Notes: a model not told the origin generated them from the sequence alone. DNA of 64,000 nucleotides from an uncultured Actinomycetes bacterium (GCA_963781425.1 CAWAGX010000015.1:133262-197261); one strand, 5' to 3'. Positions 32,848 to 44,839 are shown, counted from the first letter of the stretch. Program-made: numbers and translations.

Positions 32848-33942
32848 TCAGGACGTACGCACAGGCATCAGCAAGTACAAGAAGTCGCCGCCGTCGGCCG
32901 AGTGCAACGTGGCCGGCTTCAGAGGATCGATCGTTTCCAGCGCGACCTCGGCGGACTCGACCGCGTCGACGCCCTCCCGGAGGAACACCGGATTGAACGC
33001 GGCCGTCAGCTCACCACCCTCGAACTTGGCATCGAGTGTCTCTTGCGCGTTCCCGACGTCCTGGGCCGACATCGAGAGCTCCAGCCCGTCCGCGCTCATC
33101 GCCAGCCGCACCGCCGAGTTGTCCCGGTTCTGCCCGACGATCTGCACCCGGTCCAACGCGTCGAGCAACGCTTCCCGCGCGACGGTGAGCCGGTTCGGGT
33201 AGCCGCTCGGGATCAGCTGCTCGTAGTTCGGGAAGTCGCCTTCGATCAAGCGGGCCGTGACCTCGGCGCGCGACGTGCGGAACACCACGTCGCGTTCGCG
33301 CAACACGACTTCGATCTCACCGTCGCCGGCGAGACGCTGGACCTCGGCGAGGCCCTTGGCGGCCACGAGCACTCTTTGGCCTTCCTGGAGCATGCTCACG
33401 CCGCCCAGGTCGCGTACGGCCAGCCGGTACGAGTCGGTCGCGACCAGGCGCAACCCACCGACATGGGCCGTGAGGAGCACGCCGGTGAGAATCGGGCGCA
33501 GGTCGTCCTTGGACGCGGCCCGAACGACCTGGCGCAGCGCGGCCGCGAACGCCGACGCGTCGACCTTGACGCCGTCACCGTCGGGTGATGCCAACCGCGG
33601 GTAGTCCTCGGCCGGCTTCAGACGCAGGGAGGTGGAGAACCGCCCCGCGGTGATCACGGCTTCGTCACCGGTGACCGTCACCGTCACCGAGCCCTGTTCG
33701 AGCCGTCGCACGATCTCGCCGAGAAGCTTGGGAACGACCGCGACGCCGGTCTCTTCCACTTCCGCGGGAACTTGCACGCGGTTCGTGATCTCGAGATCGG
33801 AGCCGATCAGCTCGAGCCCTTCCTCGGTTGCCGTGACTCGGAGATCCTGGAGTACCGGCAACGCGCCGCTGCGGCTCGCAACGGTTCGCTGTGCGGTCGC
33901 GACAGCATCGGCGAGCGTGTCACGTTCGCACCGGAACTTCAC
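32848..33942 (-). CDS. dnaN: DNA polymerase III beta clamp
   Basis: GSDLEI, RPILTGV, VATDSYRLA, RLIEGDFPNY, YLLMPVR. Confidence 0.97.
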   Translation of the reverse strand: MKFRCERDTLADAVATAQRTVASRSGALPVLQDLRVTATEEGLELIGSDLEITNRVQVPAEVEETGVAVVPKLLGEIVRRLEQGSVTVTVTGDEAVITAGRFSTSLRLKPAEDYPRLASPDGDGVKVDASAFAAALRQVVRAASKDDLRPILTGVLLTAHVGGLRLVATDSYRLAVRDLGGVSMLQEGQRVLVAAKGLAEVQRLAGDGEIEVVLRERDVVFRTSRAEVTARLIEGDFPNYEQLIPSGYPNRLTVAREALLDALDRVQIVGQNRDNSAVRLAMSADGLELSMSAQDVGNAQETLDAKFEGGELTAAFNPVFLREGVDAVESAEVALETIDPLKPATLHSADGGDFLYLLMPVRTS

Positions 33943-33974
33943 ACCGTCCTCCTCGACACCGTCATGTTGCAATT

Positions 33975-34161
33975 CTTCTTAGTCGTAGTAGTAGGGGTTG
34001 TGAATTGTGGAGAACCACGCAACCGTGCTGGTCGCACCGGTGATGGACATGCACCGCGGTTTCCACTGTCGTGCACAGCGACGAGCACCGCTCGCCGTAC
34101 GGGCATGAGATGTCCCCGTCGGGACCGACGATTTCCCCTGATGTCCACAGGCTTATCCACT
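33975..34161. other. oriC unwinding region (dnaA-dnaN intergenic): DnaA boxes and DnaA-trios
   Basis: Bottom strand TTCTCCACA-ATTCACAA-CCCC-TACTACTACGACTAAGAAGAA (34014 to 33973); further boxes ATGTCCACA 34141-34149 and TTATCCACT 34153-34161. Confidence 0.88.
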
Positions 34162-35550
34162 TGCTCCGTGCTTGATGCGGCTGATCAGCTCATTGACCTG
34201 CTCGAACACCACGCGTTTCTCTGCCATCTGTGCCCGAATCTTCTCGCACGCGTGCATCACGGTGGTGTGATCACGACCCCCGAACTCTTCGGCGATCTTC
34301 GGATAGCTGTAGTCCGTCAGCTCACGGAAGACGTACATCCCGATCTGGCGAGCGGTGACCAGCGGCCGGCGCCGGCTCTTCCCGCAGAGGTCGTCGATGG
34401 TCCAGCCGAACATCTTGGCGGTTTCTTCCAGGATGACCTGCGGCGTGATGATGCGTGGCCGGGACGCCGGCAGGAGATCGGCGAGGACCTCCTTGGCGAC
34501 GTCGTCGGTGAGGGGCACGCGATGCAGGCTGGAGTACGCCGCGACGCGGATCAGCGAACCCTCGAGCTCACGGACGTTGTCGACGACGTTGTCGGCGATG
34601 AAGGCCAGGACGTCGTTCGGAATGCCGTCGAGGTGCTCGGCTTCGGCCTTCTTGCGGAGGATCGCGAGGCGAGTCTCGAATTCCGGCGGCTGCACGTCGG
34701 TGATCAGGCCCCATTCGAAACGGCTGCGCAGCCGGTCCTCGATCGTTGCGATGGACTTGGGCGGCCGGTCGGACGAGATGACGATCTGGCTCCCGCGGCC
34801 GTGGAGATCGTTGAACGTGTAGAAGAACTCCTCCTGGAGCTGCTCGGTGCGCTCGAGGAACTGGATGTCGTCGACGAGCAGCACGTCGACCTCGCGATAT
34901 CGGCGCTTGAACGCGGGCATCCCCTTGGAGCGCATGGCGTCGACGAACTCGTTCATCATCGTCTCGGTGGAGACGTACCGGACGCGCTTGCTGGAGAACA
35001 GCGCGCGGACGTGGTGACCGATCGCGTGCAGGAGGTGGGTCTTCCCGAGGCCGGCCGCGCCGTAGATGAACAGCGGGTTGTAGGAGCGTGCAGGGCTCTC
35101 GGCCACCGACAGCGCGGCCGCGTGCGCGAAGCGGTTGGATGCCCCGATCACGAACTGGTCGAAGCTGTACCGGGGGTTGAGCTGGGTCGTGGGCCACGGT
35201 GTCGCGGTGTCCTCGGCGGGACGGGGGCGTTCTTCGACCAGTCGCACCATGGGCGGAGGAGGCATGAGCTCGTCGGCCGGATGCTCGAGGCGCGCCTCGG
35301 TGGTGACCATGAGGTCGATGCGGTGAGGCACACCCGTGAGTGCTTGGACGGCATCGGCGAGGAGCCCCAGGTAGCTCGTGCGGATGCGTTCGACGGCGAC
35401 CGAGCTGGGCACGGCGAGGAGCAGCGTGTCCTCGGTGGCATCCTGGCCGTGCACACCTTGGAACCAGGTGTTCCACGTGGCTTCGGAGAGCTGTGCCCGT
35501 ACTGCCGCTGCGACCCTCGCCCAGAGGTCATCTGCCGCCGGAGTACCCAA
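34153..35550 (-). CDS. dnaA: Chromosomal replication initiator DnaA
   Basis: [55 protein letters not shown]. Confidence 0.98.
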   Translation of the reverse strand: MGTPAADDLWARVAAAVRAQLSEATWNTWFQGVHGQDATEDTLLLAVPSSVAVERIRTSYLGLLADAVQALTGVPHRIDLMVTTEARLEHPADELMPPPPMVRLVEERPRPAEDTATPWPTTQLNPRYSFDQFVIGASNRFAHAAALSVAESPARSYNPLFIYGAAGLGKTHLLHAIGHHVRALFSSKRVRYVSTETMMNEFVDAMRSKGMPAFKRRYREVDVLLVDDIQFLERTEQLQEEFFYTFNDLHGRGSQIVISSDRPPKSIATIEDRLRSRFEWGLITDVQPPEFETRLAILRKKAEAEHLDGIPNDVLAFIADNVVDNVRELEGSLIRVAAYSSLHRVPLTDDVAKEVLADLLPASRPRIITPQVILEETAKMFGWTIDDLCGKSRRRPLVTARQIGMYVFRELTDYSYPKIAEEFGGRDHTTVMHACEKIRAQMAEKRVVFEQVNELISRIKHGASG

Positions 35551-35580
35551 GGTCGACTCCCCGATAGTTCACTGAGCCCG

Positions 35581-35716
35581 TTGTCCACAGGGCTTTCCAC
35601 ACGTGTGGAGAAGCTGACCAACGGGCCGGCGCCTCCTCGGCCATGACGGGGAAGTGCTCCCGGCACCGGGGCCGGCCGGCTGCGCGGGAAGCGGCACGCT
35701 AGCGCGCTGTGGACAA
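35581..35716. promoter_or_regulatory. DnaA-box cluster upstream of dnaA
   Basis: TTGTCCACA 35581-35589, CTTTCCACA 35593-35601, TGTGGAGAA 35604-35612, TGTGGACAA 35708-35716. Confidence 0.85.
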
Positions 35717-35882
35717 GCCAACAAGCAACCTTTCCCAGTCGGATACCGGTCGGACGCACGCGTTGCCGGGTGCGCGCGTCGGACGTACACTTCCCCGTCC
35801 ACCTGCGCGCGGCAGACGTTTATCCTGCGGCGCGCTCGCCCCTGGGCCCCTACCTCGGCCCGGGCGTCCGAGGAGGCCATGC

Positions 35883-36017
35883 GTGAAGAGGACGTTCCAG
35901 CCGAACAACCGGAAGCGGAAGAAGACACACGGCTTCCGGCTCAGGATGCGCACCCGCGGCGGTCGAGCGGTCATCGGCCGTCGGCGCGGCAAGGGTCGCT
36001 CCAATCTCTCAGCCTGA
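35883..36017 (+). CDS. rpmH: 50S ribosomal protein L34
   Basis: [44 protein letters not shown]. Confidence 0.97.
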   Translation: MKRTFQPNNRKRKKTHGFRLRMRTRGGRAVIGRRRGKGRSNLSA

Positions 36018-36040
36018 TCTGGCCCGTTCGTGACCGCGCA

Positions 36041-36349
36041 ATGTTCCGGGCGATCGCTCGTGGGCGTCGTCGCCGATCGGGGGCACTCCAAGTGAGTGCG
36101 GCCGTGCTTTCCACGCGCGCCGAGCCACCGCGGATCGCGTTCGCGGTGGGCCGTCCGGTCGGAAACGCGGTCGTGCGCAACCGCGTGCGGCGTCGCCTCC
36201 GCGCCGCCGTGCGCGAACGGCGTGCGTTGCTGCAACCGGGATGGGGGTACCTGGTCCGCGCCGCGCCCGCCTCCGCGTCGGCCACGTATCGCGAGCTCTC
36301 GGATGCACTCGACGTCATCCTGCGGGCGCATTCGGCGGGTATGTCATGA
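36041..36349 (+). CDS. rnpA: Ribonuclease P protein component (may start at 36014)
   Basis: [24 protein letters not shown]. Confidence 0.93.
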   Translation: MFRAIARGRRRRSGALQVSAAVLSTRAEPPRIAFAVGRPVGNAVVRNRVRRRLRAAVRERRALLQPGWGYLVRAAPASASATYRELSDALDVILRAHSAGMS

Positions 36350-36606
36350 AGACGTCGCTTCCCGGCCGCGTGTTGCTGCGAACTCTCAACCTCTACCAGC
36401 GGTTGACTGTGCATCGTCCGTCACCGTGCCGGTACGTGCCGTCGTGCTCGACCTACGCGCACGACGCCATCGCGACGCACGGCGCTGCGCGTGGTACGTG
36501 GCTCGCGGTCCGTCGATTGAGCCGCTGCCAACCCTTCGGTGGTCACGGGTTCGATCCCGTGCCGGCGCCACGCGGCGCCGCCCGCAACGAGAGGCAGCCG
36601 TGCTAG
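36346..36606 (+). CDS. yidD: Membrane protein insertion efficiency factor
   Basis: [29 protein letters not shown]. Confidence 0.95.
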   Translation: MKTSLPGRVLLRTLNLYQRLTVHRPSPCRYVPSCSTYAHDAIATHGAARGTWLAVRRLSRCQPFGGHGFDPVPAPRGAARNERQPC

Positions 36607-37589
36607 CCGGAAGCCCCTTTGATCCTCTCTACCAGGCCGTCGGCTGGCTGCTCGCGCTCCTGTACTCCATCCCGCCGCACAATCTCGGCATCGCGATCAT
36701 CGTGCTCACGCTGATCGTCATGGCGGTGCAATTCCCGCTGATCGCGAAGCAGACGCGATCGATGATCCAGATGCAACGCGTCCAGCCGGAGATCAAGAAG
36801 ATCCAGCAGAAGTACAAGGACGACCGCGCGAAGCAGAACGAGGAGCTGCTGAAGTTCTACCAAGAGAACAAGATCAACCCGCTGGCCGGCTGCCTGCCAC
36901 TCCTCCTCATCCTCCCGATCGGCATCGCGGTGTTCGGGACGTTCCGCGACCCCGGCATCCAGGCCCACGTGCCTCGGACGGGCGCGCTCAACCGGCTCTA
37001 CGTCGACCTCTGCGGGAGCGCTTCGGTCGGGCCGACCGCCTGCAAGGAAGCGATCAAGCAGCACACGCCGAGCGCGATGAAGTTCCTCGGCCTCGAGCTC
37101 AACCGCTCGACGGCAGACGCGATGTCCGATGGAATCGCACATGCGATCCCCTGGCTCGTGCTGCTCGGGCTCGTCGTGTTCACCGGCTGGTACCAAGTCC
37201 GCCAGACCCAAGCCCGGCAGCTGCGTGCGGGCGCCCCGATCAACAAGCAGATGCAGGCGATCACGCGGGTGATGCCACTGTTCTTCGGGTTCATCTCGTA
37301 CCGCCTCAACGCGGCAACGACGGTGTACTTCGTCGTCTCCAACACCTGGCGAATAGGCCAGCAGCACTTCGTGCTCAACAAGATGTACGACGAAGAGCAC
37401 CCCGGCGAGGCGGCCAAGAAGGCAAAGCCGAAACCCGCCATCGAGGCCGATGGGGAGGGCGGAAAACCACCTCCCACGCCACCTCCGCAGCCGCGCCGCG
37501 GCGGCAGCACGTCCGGCGGCACATCCGGGGGCGGCACGGGGAACCGCCCACCCAACGCCGCCCGCCGCAAGAAGAAACGGAAGCGCTGA
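36600..37589 (+). CDS. yidC: Membrane protein insertase YidC/Oxa1
   Basis: [38 protein letters not shown]. Confidence 0.95.
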   Translation: MLAGSPFDPLYQAVGWLLALLYSIPPHNLGIAIIVLTLIVMAVQFPLIAKQTRSMIQMQRVQPEIKKIQQKYKDDRAKQNEELLKFYQENKINPLAGCLPLLLILPIGIAVFGTFRDPGIQAHVPRTGALNRLYVDLCGSASVGPTACKEAIKQHTPSAMKFLGLELNRSTADAMSDGIAHAIPWLVLLGLVVFTGWYQVRQTQARQLRAGAPINKQMQAITRVMPLFFGFISYRLNAATTVYFVVSNTWRIGQQHFVLNKMYDEEHPGEAAKKAKPKPAIEADGEGGKPPPTPPPQPRRGGSTSGGTSGGGTGNRPPNAARRKKKRKR

Positions 37590-37592
37590 CGC

Positions 37593-38540
37593 ATGGATTG
37601 GATCGAGGTCACTGCTCGGACGATCGACGACGCCAAAGAGCTCGCGCTCGACCGGCTGGGCGTGGTCGAAGACGAGCTCGAGTTCGAGGTGCTGGACGAG
37701 CCCCGGGGCGGGCTGTTCCGCCGTTCGGACGCGCGCATCCGCGCCCGGGTGAAACCCCTTTCGCGGGAGAAGCCGGTCGACAAGCGCCGCCGCCGGGGCC
37801 GTGAGCGCCAAGGGCCGCGCAGCTCGAGCGGCGGACGCGGGCGCACGCCGACGGCCGTGGCCGACGACGACAACGGCCCCGCGGCGAAGCCGCCGGCCAA
37901 CGGCGCCGGCACCGACCGTCAACGCTCACGTCGACGCCGCGGTCGTGGTGGCGGTGGCGGTGGAGGGGGCAACGGTGGCGGGAGTGGTGGGAGCAGCGGC
38001 GAGGGGCGCAGCCGCGCCCCGGCGCCGCGTACGAGAACGCGCGTCGACGAGGACCAGGAGGCGGAAGTGGACGTCGAGACAATGCCGGTGGAGGAGCAGG
38101 CGGCGCACGCGGCGCAGTTTGCCGACGAGCTCGTGCGAACGATGGGCTTCGAGGGCACCGTCCGGACCGAGATCGGCGACGATGACGTCACGGTCAAGAT
38201 CGAGGGCGAGAACCTCGGTGTCCTGGTCGGGCCCCGCGGGGTCACGTTGCACGCACTGGAGGAAGTCGTGCGTGCCGCGGTACAGCACCACGCCGGGGGC
38301 CACAGCGCCCGGGTCCACGTGGACGTCGCCGGGTACCGGGAACGTCGGCGCGAGGCGCTCGCGGCATTTGCCACGAAGGTCGCGGCCGAGGTGAAGGAGT
38401 CGGGAACGGCACGCTCCCTGGAGCCCATGGCCTCGCCCGACCGCAAGGTCGTGCACGACGTCGTGGCCGAGATCGAGGGTGTGAGCACGGCGTCCGAGGG
38501 CGAGGACCCGCGCCGGCGGGTCGTGATCCGCCCCGAGTGA
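37593..38540 (+). CDS. jag: Jag/KhpB (EloR) RNA-binding protein
   Basis: Jag_N domain, KH motif LVGPRGVTL, R3H motif DRKVVHD, EGEDPRRRVVI. Confidence 0.93.
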   Translation: MDWIEVTARTIDDAKELALDRLGVVEDELEFEVLDEPRGGLFRRSDARIRARVKPLSREKPVDKRRRRGRERQGPRSSSGGRGRTPTAVADDDNGPAAKPPANGAGTDRQRSRRRRGRGGGGGGGGNGGGSGGSSGEGRSRAPAPRTRTRVDEDQEAEVDVETMPVEEQAAHAAQFADELVRTMGFEGTVRTEIGDDDVTVKIEGENLGVLVGPRGVTLHALEEVVRAAVQHHAGGHSARVHVDVAGYRERRREALAAFATKVAAEVKESGTARSLEPMASPDRKVVHDVVAEIEGVSTASEGEDPRRRVVIRPE

Positions 38541-39169
38541 GCCGTGAAGAGGAGCCGCTCCGGGCGGCCCTCGCACGGGCCCGAGCGCTCGGGTTCCTCG
38601 GCCCCGGGTCGGTCGAGGGCCATCTCACGCACGCCGCCGGCTTTGCGGGCGCGGCCGTGCGCCATCTCGGCCGAAGCCCGGCGTCGATGCTCGACCTGGG
38701 ATCCGGAGCCGGGATCCCGGGGCTGGTGCTGGCCGAGTGCTGGCCCGACGTCCGGGGGGTGCTGGTCGAGAGCGGCCACCGCCGCTGCGAGCACCTCCGC
38801 CGGGAGGTCGACAGCCTGGGCTGGAGTGGACGTGTCGAAGTCCTGGAGGAGCGCGCCGAGCTGACGGCCCGCCGGCCCGAGCTCAGGGAGCACATGGAGC
38901 TGGTGACCGCCCGCAGCTTCGCGACACCGGCGGCGACGGCAGAGATTGCAACGGGACTCGTGGCGCCGGGCGGCTTCCTGGTGGTCAGCGAGCCGCCCCA
39001 GCCGGACCCCACGCGCTGGCCGGCGGCGGAGCTCGAGCTGCTGGGGCTCGGCCCACCGCGCTACGAGAGCGTGGGTGACGCGCACTTCGCGGTGTTCGCG
39101 AAGACACGGAGTGCACCGGATGAAGTGCCGCGCGCGGTCGGCCGACCAGGGAAGCGGCCACGCTGGTGA
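38537..39169 (+). CDS. rsmG: 16S rRNA m7G527 methyltransferase
   Basis: LDLGSGAGIPG, ERAE, VTARSF; position before parA. Confidence 0.9.
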   Translation: MSREEEPLRAALARARALGFLGPGSVEGHLTHAAGFAGAAVRHLGRSPASMLDLGSGAGIPGLVLAECWPDVRGVLVESGHRRCEHLRREVDSLGWSGRVEVLEERAELTARRPELREHMELVTARSFATPAATAEIATGLVAPGGFLVVSEPPQPDPTRWPAAELELLGLGPPRYESVGDAHFAVFAKTRSAPDEVPRAVGRPGKRPRW

Positions 39170-39185
39170 GGTTTCACGTGAAACA
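39170..39185. promoter_or_regulatory. parS centromere-like site
   Basis: Perfect palindrome GTTTCACGTGAAAC at 39171-39184, upstream of parAB. Confidence 0.93.
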
Positions 39186-39394
39186 TTTCCGCGCGCCCTG
39201 TTGCATCGGAGAACGCCAGTAGTACGATGCGCCGCCGCGCAGCGGCACGGCTCCGTCGTCGAACATTCTTCCCCGCACCACCGCCCTGTGGAGGCGGACG
39301 TATGGCATCTGACGGGCGTCGACGGTGGTTCAAGACCCTCGGAACGACGCGCAGCGCGAGCGCAATAGGCGAGCGGCAAGAGCGGGAGGACGCG

Positions 39395-40387
39395 ATGCCG
39401 AGCAACGAGCGCACCGTGGTGGGCACGACCGCGCCGGACGGTCCACCCGACGACATCCTGGTCGAATCCGGCGACGAAACCCGCGTCGAACCGGACGCGC
39501 CCGTCCCGACGCCCGAACAGGCGCCCGAAGTGCTGGTCGAGGCCGCGGCGCCCCTCGAAACCCTGGCCGCGATCCGCGCCAAGGGTGGCGAGGCCCCGGA
39601 GCCGATCGTGTTGCCGCGGGTGATCTCGATCGCCAATCAAAAGGGTGGCGTCGGCAAGACGACCACGGCGGTGAACCTTGGCGCGGCACTTGCCGAGCTC
39701 GGCTACCGCGTGCTGGTGATCGACCTCGACCCCCAGGGCAACGCGACGACGGGCATGGGGATCAGCCACCGCAACGTCGCCGGGTCGATCTATGACGTGA
39801 TCATGAACGACGCGGCGATCGACGATTGCGTCGAGCCGACCAGCGTACGGAACCTCTTCGTCGTGCCGGCAACCATCGATCTCGCGGGCGCTGAGATCGA
39901 GCTCGTCCCGGCCTTTTCTCGAGAGTTGAAGCTCCGGCGCGCGCTTGCGAACGTCCGCGACGACTACGACTTCACGTTGATCGACTGCCCACCGTCGCTC
40001 GGACTGCTGACCGTCAACGGGCTCGCCGCGTCGGACGACATCCTCGTCCCGATCCAATGCGAGTACTACGCGCTCGAGGGTCTCGGACAGCTGTTGCGCA
40101 ACGTCGCGCTCGTGAAGACCAACCTCAACCCCGGCCTCGATGTCCGCGGGATCGTGCTCACGATGTACGACGCGCGCACGAAGCTCGCCGAGCAGGTCGA
40201 GCGGGAAGTGCGCGCGCACTTCGGCACCAAGGTGTATCGCACGGTCGTCCCGCGGACGGTGCGGATCTCCGAGGCCCCTTCATTCGGACAGCCAGTCACA
40301 GTGTTCGACGCCTCGTCTCGTGGTGCGCTGGCCTATCGCGAGCTGGCCAAGGAGGTGAGCCGTGGCGCGACCCGGCGGGTTGGGTAG
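39395..40387 (+). CDS. parA: Chromosome partition ATPase ParA/Soj
   Basis: NQKGGVGKTTT, DLDPQGNAT, IDCPPSLGLLT, QCEYYALEG, EAPSFG. Confidence 0.96.
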   Translation: MPSNERTVVGTTAPDGPPDDILVESGDETRVEPDAPVPTPEQAPEVLVEAAAPLETLAAIRAKGGEAPEPIVLPRVISIANQKGGVGKTTTAVNLGAALAELGYRVLVIDLDPQGNATTGMGISHRNVAGSIYDVIMNDAAIDDCVEPTSVRNLFVVPATIDLAGAEIELVPAFSRELKLRRALANVRDDYDFTLIDCPPSLGLLTVNGLAASDDILVPIQCEYYALEGLGQLLRNVALVKTNLNPGLDVRGIVLTMYDARTKLAEQVEREVRAHFGTKVYRTVVPRTVRISEAPSFGQPVTVFDASSRGALAYRELAKEVSRGATRRVG

Positions 40388-41242
40388 AGGGCTCGGAGCA
40401 CTGATCCCGGCCGGAGTCACAGAAGCCATCGGCGGTCTCGAGGACCTGCCGATTGCCTCGATCCGGCCGAACCCTCAACAGCCACGCGAGCACTTCGACG
40501 AGGAGACACTCGCCGCGCTCGCGGAGTCGATCCGTGAAGTCGGTGTCCTCCAGCCGGTGCTCGTCCGTGCCGCGGACGACGGCTACGAGCTCATCGCGGG
40601 CGAGCGGCGCTGGCACGCGGCGCGACGGGTCGGGTTGCAGACGATCCCCGCGATCGTTCGGGTCGCCGACGACGCGGCGATGCTCCAACAGGCGATCGTC
40701 GAGAACGTCCAACGGGAGCAGCTCAATCCACTCGAGGAAGCCGCCGCGTATCAACAGCTGATCGAGGATTTCTCGTTCACCCACGACGAGGTCGCAACCC
40801 GGGTCGGGAAGAGCCGGGCAACCATCACCAACACGCTGCGGCTGTTGCAACTGCCGCCGACGATCCAGCGTCACCTCAAGGAGGGGACGCTGCGCATGGG
40901 TCACGCCACGCGCTTCTCGGCGACTCCCGACCGCGCATTTCAAGAGCAGCTCGCCGCGCCGAGCCGTGGGCGACGACCTCTCCGTCCGGGAAGTCGAAGA
41001 GGCGATCCGCCGGCGCGAGGAGACCCCCGGCACGCGCGCGGCGGCGAAGGAACCGGCAGGCGCCGCGGATGCGACCGCCGGGGCTGCTCGAGCTCGAAGA
41101 GCTGCTCGGCGACTACCTCGAGACTCGCGTGCGGATCTCGACGGGCCCACGGCATGGTCGAGTGCAGATCGACTTCGCGAACCTCGAAGACCTCGAGCGC
41201 ATCTACCGCGCGATGACCCAGGGCTCGCAGGTCCAGGCGTAG
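40362..41242 (+). CDS. parB: Chromosome partition protein ParB; frameshifts after about 40900
   Basis: LGRGLGALI, NPQQPR, GERRWHA, ENVQREQLNPLEEA, GKSRATITNTLRLL; C-terminus IDFANLEDLERI in another frame. Confidence 0.93.
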
Positions 41243-41283
41243 CACGAACGGATCGCGCGCCGGACCGGCCCGCGCGCGATGGT

Positions 41284-42282
41284 TCAGGTTTGCGCGTCGA
41301 CCGGCTCCTCGACGCCCCGCCGCACGCCCGCGACGATCGCGCTTCGCGACCCGTGGCAGCTGTCGTGTCGAGCGCGGCCATGTCGTCGGCGTCGTCTCGA
41401 GTCACGAGCTCGCAGACGACCGCGGCCATGCGCGTCTCGCGCAACAGGCGATACGTGCGGCCGATGGGGTCGTCGACCGCGGGGAGGACCGTCCGGAGCG
41501 CGGCCGTGAGCTGGTCGGCGAGGTAGTAGCCGCTCTCGGACCGGAAGGCGCTGTTGGCAAAGTAGGCGCAGCGCGCGCCCGGCTCGGCGCCGGTCGTCAG
41601 CGCGACGAAGGCCTCGGCCTCGAAGCGGTTGGCCGTAGCCGCGACGAACGACGGCTCCTCGCCCGAGGTGTCGAGGACGACTCGCGCCGTTGCGGCGAAG
41701 GTCGGTCGCGACCGCGCTCGCGAGCGCAGCGAGCCCGAGGTCGCCCGCGACGAAGACCCGCAGACCCGCGAGATGGCGGGGCACGCGTCGGCGAAGCGCC
41801 TCCCGTTCACGCACCGTGGCCACGGAGCCGCCGGCCAGCGACGCCGAGACGTCCGAGCGCGCCGAGCGTCGCGGGCCCGCAGACCTTGTCGGTGGCCAGG
41901 CCCGCGTCGCGCTGGAACGCGCCGATCGCGGCTTCGGTCTCCGGGCCGAGGATGCCGTCTTCGCGGCCGGCATCGAAGCCGAGCATGTTGAGCCGGCGCT
42001 GCAGCTCGGTGACGTCGTCGCCGCGCAGCATCGGTTGGCACAGGTAGAGCAGCCGGTCGCCGAGCGGGAAGCCGCTCTCGATCAGCGCGCCCCACGTCTC
42101 CGGGCCGCAGATGCCGTCGACGCGCAGGCCGCGTTGGCGCTGGAACTCGCGGACGGCTTCCTCGGTGGCGGTCTCGAACCGACCGTGTGACAACGATCCG
42201 CGCGCCGGTCGCCACGAGGCGTTGCTGCAGGTCGCGCACCGCGTCGCCGCGGTCACCGGCTCGGAGCAAGGCGAGGTGCCAA
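41284..42282 (-). CDS. Peptidoglycan-binding + amidase_3-like protein (CwlM-like); several frameshifts
   Basis: Two PG-binding repeats (FQRQRGLRVDGICGPETW, FQRDAGLATD), LGDRLLYL..PMLRGDDV, LLRETRMAAV. Confidence 0.8.
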
Positions 42283-42304
42283 CGGAAGGTTGAGGGTCGG
42301 TCGG

Positions 42305-42634
42305 TCAAGCGATGAACTCGGCGAGCTCCTCGAGCAGCTGCGCCTTGCCCTTGGCGCCGACGAGGCGCTTCTTGACCTCGCCGTCGACGAAGACCAGCAG
42401 CGTCGGGATGCTCATCACGTCGTAGCGACGCGCGACGTTGGGGTTGTCGTCGACATTGAGCTTCGCGATCTGGATCCGGCCGGTGTGCTCGTTGGCGATG
42501 TCCTCGAGCACCGGCGCGATCATCTTGCACGGCCCGCACCACTCCGCCCAGAAGTCGACGAGGACCGGGGTGTCGGCGCCGCCGATCGACTCGTCGAACG
42601 TGGCATCCGAGAGCGTCATAATTCCGTCAGACAC
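42305..42634 (-). CDS. trxA: Thioredoxin
   Basis: [16 protein letters not shown]. Confidence 0.96.
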   Translation of the reverse strand: MSDGIMTLSDATFDESIGGADTPVLVDFWAEWCGPCKMIAPVLEDIANEHTGRIQIAKLNVDDNPNVARRYDVMSIPTLLVFVDGEVKKRLVGAKGKAQLLEELAEFIA

Positions 42635-42648
42635 TGAGGGTCCTTTCT

Positions 42649-43596
42649 CTACCCGGCCGAGCCTTGCACGTCTTGGAGCGCTTCGAGGTAGCGCTCGGCC
42701 TCGAGCGCAGCCATGCAACCGGTCCCGGCGGCGGTGATCGCCTGACGGTACACGTGGTCCTGGACGTCGCCGGCCGCGAACACGCCCTGGACCGAGGTCT
42801 GCGTCGTGCCGGGCTTGGTGACGATGTAGCCGCCGGGGTCGAGGTCGAGCTGGCCGGTGAACAGCTTGGTGTTGGGGTCGTGGCCGATCGCGACGAACAC
42901 GCCGCTGACCTCGAGGTCGCTGACTGTCGCCGGTCTCGACGTCGCGCAGCCGCAGGCCCTCGACCCGGCCGTCGCCGAAGACATCCTCGACGACGCTGTT
43001 CCAGCGGAAATCGATCTTCGGGTTCGCGAACGCGCGGTCCTGCATGATCTTCGACGCGCGCAACTCCTTGCGCCGGTGGACGAGCGTGACCTTGTCGGCG
43101 AAACGGGTGAGGAAGTTCGCCTCTTCGAGTGCGGAGTCGCCGCCGCCGACGACCGCGATCTCGTGGCCGCGGAAGAAGAAGCCGTCGCACGTCGCGCAGG
43201 TCGACACGCCGTGGCCGAGCAGCCGGTGTCTCGGACTCGAGGCCGAGCATGCGCGCCTGCGCGCCGGTCGAGATGATGACGGACTTTGCGTGGTACTCGG
43301 TGCTGCCGACCGTACACGCGGAACGGCGTCGACGAGAGGTCGACGCGGTCGACGTCGGCGGTGACGAACTCGGCGCCGAACCGCTCGGCCTGCTCGCGGA
43401 ACTTCGTCATGAGATCGGGACCGAGGATGCCGTCCGGGAAACCCGGGTAGTTCTCGACGTCGGTGGTGAGCATGAGCTGGCCGCCGGCCTGCAGGCCCTC
43501 GATGACGAGCGGCTGCAGGTTCGCGCGCGCCGTGTAGACGGCGGCGGTGAGGCCGGCCGGTCCGGATCCGATGATGACGACTTCCGCCGCGCTCAT
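42649..43596 (-). CDS. trxB: Thioredoxin reductase; frameshifted
   Basis: [58 protein letters not shown]. Confidence 0.93.
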   Translation of the reverse strand: MSAAEVVIIGSGPAGLTAAVYTARANLQPLVIEGLQAGGQLMLTTDVENYPGFPDGILGPDLMTKFREQAERFGAEFVTADVDRVDLSSTPFRVYGRQHRVPRKVRHHLDRRAGAHARPRVRDTGCSATACRPARRATASSSAATRSRSSAAATPHSKRRTSSPVSPTRSRSSTGARSCARRRSCRTARSRTRRSISAGTASSRMSSATAGSRACGCATSRPATVSDLEVSGVFVAIGHDPNTKLFTGQLDLDPGGYIVTKPGTTQTSVQGVFAAGDVQDHVYRQAITAAGTGCMAALEAERYLEALQDVQGSAG

Positions 43597-43631
43597 GCCT
43601 GTGTGTCTCGCTCGTGGCCGGGCCCAGAGGG

Positions 43632-43907
43632 TCAAGGATTGCGCTTGCTCCAACAGAACACGCCGGCGATCACGAAGATTCCGCCCAGCGTGCACCACGC
43701 TGCCCAGACGTAGCCCTGGTAGATCAGCACGAGACCGCGGAACGCGCCGATCGCCACCAACACCAGCGCCGGGATGAGGATGAGGCGGCGAGCAAGCCGT
43801 ACACGACGACCCGCGTGACTGCCTGCGCCGGTTCGACCGTCCGTTCGCGCACCGAGCGCGATCGACCGCTCGATGGCGTCGGCGGCGTCGGTGGTCCAGT
43901 CGCTCAT
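43632..43907 (-). CDS. Small two-TM membrane protein; probably with internal indels
   Basis: [13 protein letters not shown]..., two hydrophobic helices, ends FCWSKRNP. Confidence 0.6.
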   Translation of the reverse strand: MSDWTTDAADAIERSIALGARTDGRTGAGSHAGRRVRLARRLILIPALVLVAIGAFRGLVLIYQGYVWAAWCTLGGIFVIAGVFCWSKRNP

Positions 43908-44010
43908 CTGATCCTCGGATGTTCCCCGGCCGGGCAGCGTACATGCCCGCGCGTCGGCGGCCCCGGGCGCGGGAACGCCGCGTGGATCGGATCGGGACGC
44001 TCGTAGCCGG

Positions 44011-44839
44011 TCAGCCCGAAGCCGCGGGCAGCGTCTGCTCGGTCACGAACCGGCAGTCGGTGTACAGGACGACGACGATGTCGTCCGCGCCCTTGCGGTA
44101 CACGTACACCACCACCGGTGTCCCCGAGAGGGTTGCCACGCCGCGCACCGTCGGATTCCGGATGCCGCTGACCTGGTCCGCGGCGGCCTCGCATGTTCGA
44201 TCCGTCGGCGCTCGGGCACCGGGTGCTTTGTCGGTGGCGTTGGCGGCCCCCTTCGATTCCGCGGCCGGCGCGCTGCACGTCTTGAGATGCGCGGCGCGTG
44301 CCGCGAGCAACGAGCGCGGGAACGTCGGCAGCGGCGCCCAGATCGATCACGTCCGCGCCGCCGGTCGTGGGCGCTCCTGCGGCCGCGTTCGGTGTCAACG
44401 CGCGTGCCTTCTCGTCCTGCGCGCCGCACTCGCACTGCTCTTGCTCGCCGAGTCGTCGCTGTCGCGCACGGTGAATGCAAGACCTGCGATCACCGCGATC
44501 GCTGCCGCGAGCCCACCCGCGATCGCGGTGACGCGCCGGAGCCGATGGGCGCGACCCGCCTGCTCGACGTCGTGCTCCGCGGCCGCGGCTTTGAGCGCCT
44601 TCGCCGCGCACGCGCGCGACGACCATCTCGTCGACGGCCGGCACCTCCGCCAGCACGTCGCGCGCGGATTCGAGCGCGGCCCGCCGGGCGGCGATGCCGG
44701 GCACCTGCGTGGCAAGTCGGTCGCGCGCGTCGGCGGGATCGAGACCGAGATCACGAGCGGCCGCGTCGAACTCACCGTCGAGCTCGGCGGAGAGGAGCTC
44801 GTCGACCTGGTCGGCGGTGAAAGGAGTGGAGTCGTTCAT
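44011..44839 (-). CDS. Putative anti-sigma factor (RsmA-like); frameshifted
   Basis: DELLSAELDGE, central TM helix, C-terminal Cys-pair domain; overlaps the ECF sigma stop codon. Confidence 0.65.

Noticed and set aside
37940-38000. GGT/GGC low-complexity run in jag
   Set aside because: Gly/Arg-rich linker usual for Jag/KhpB proteins
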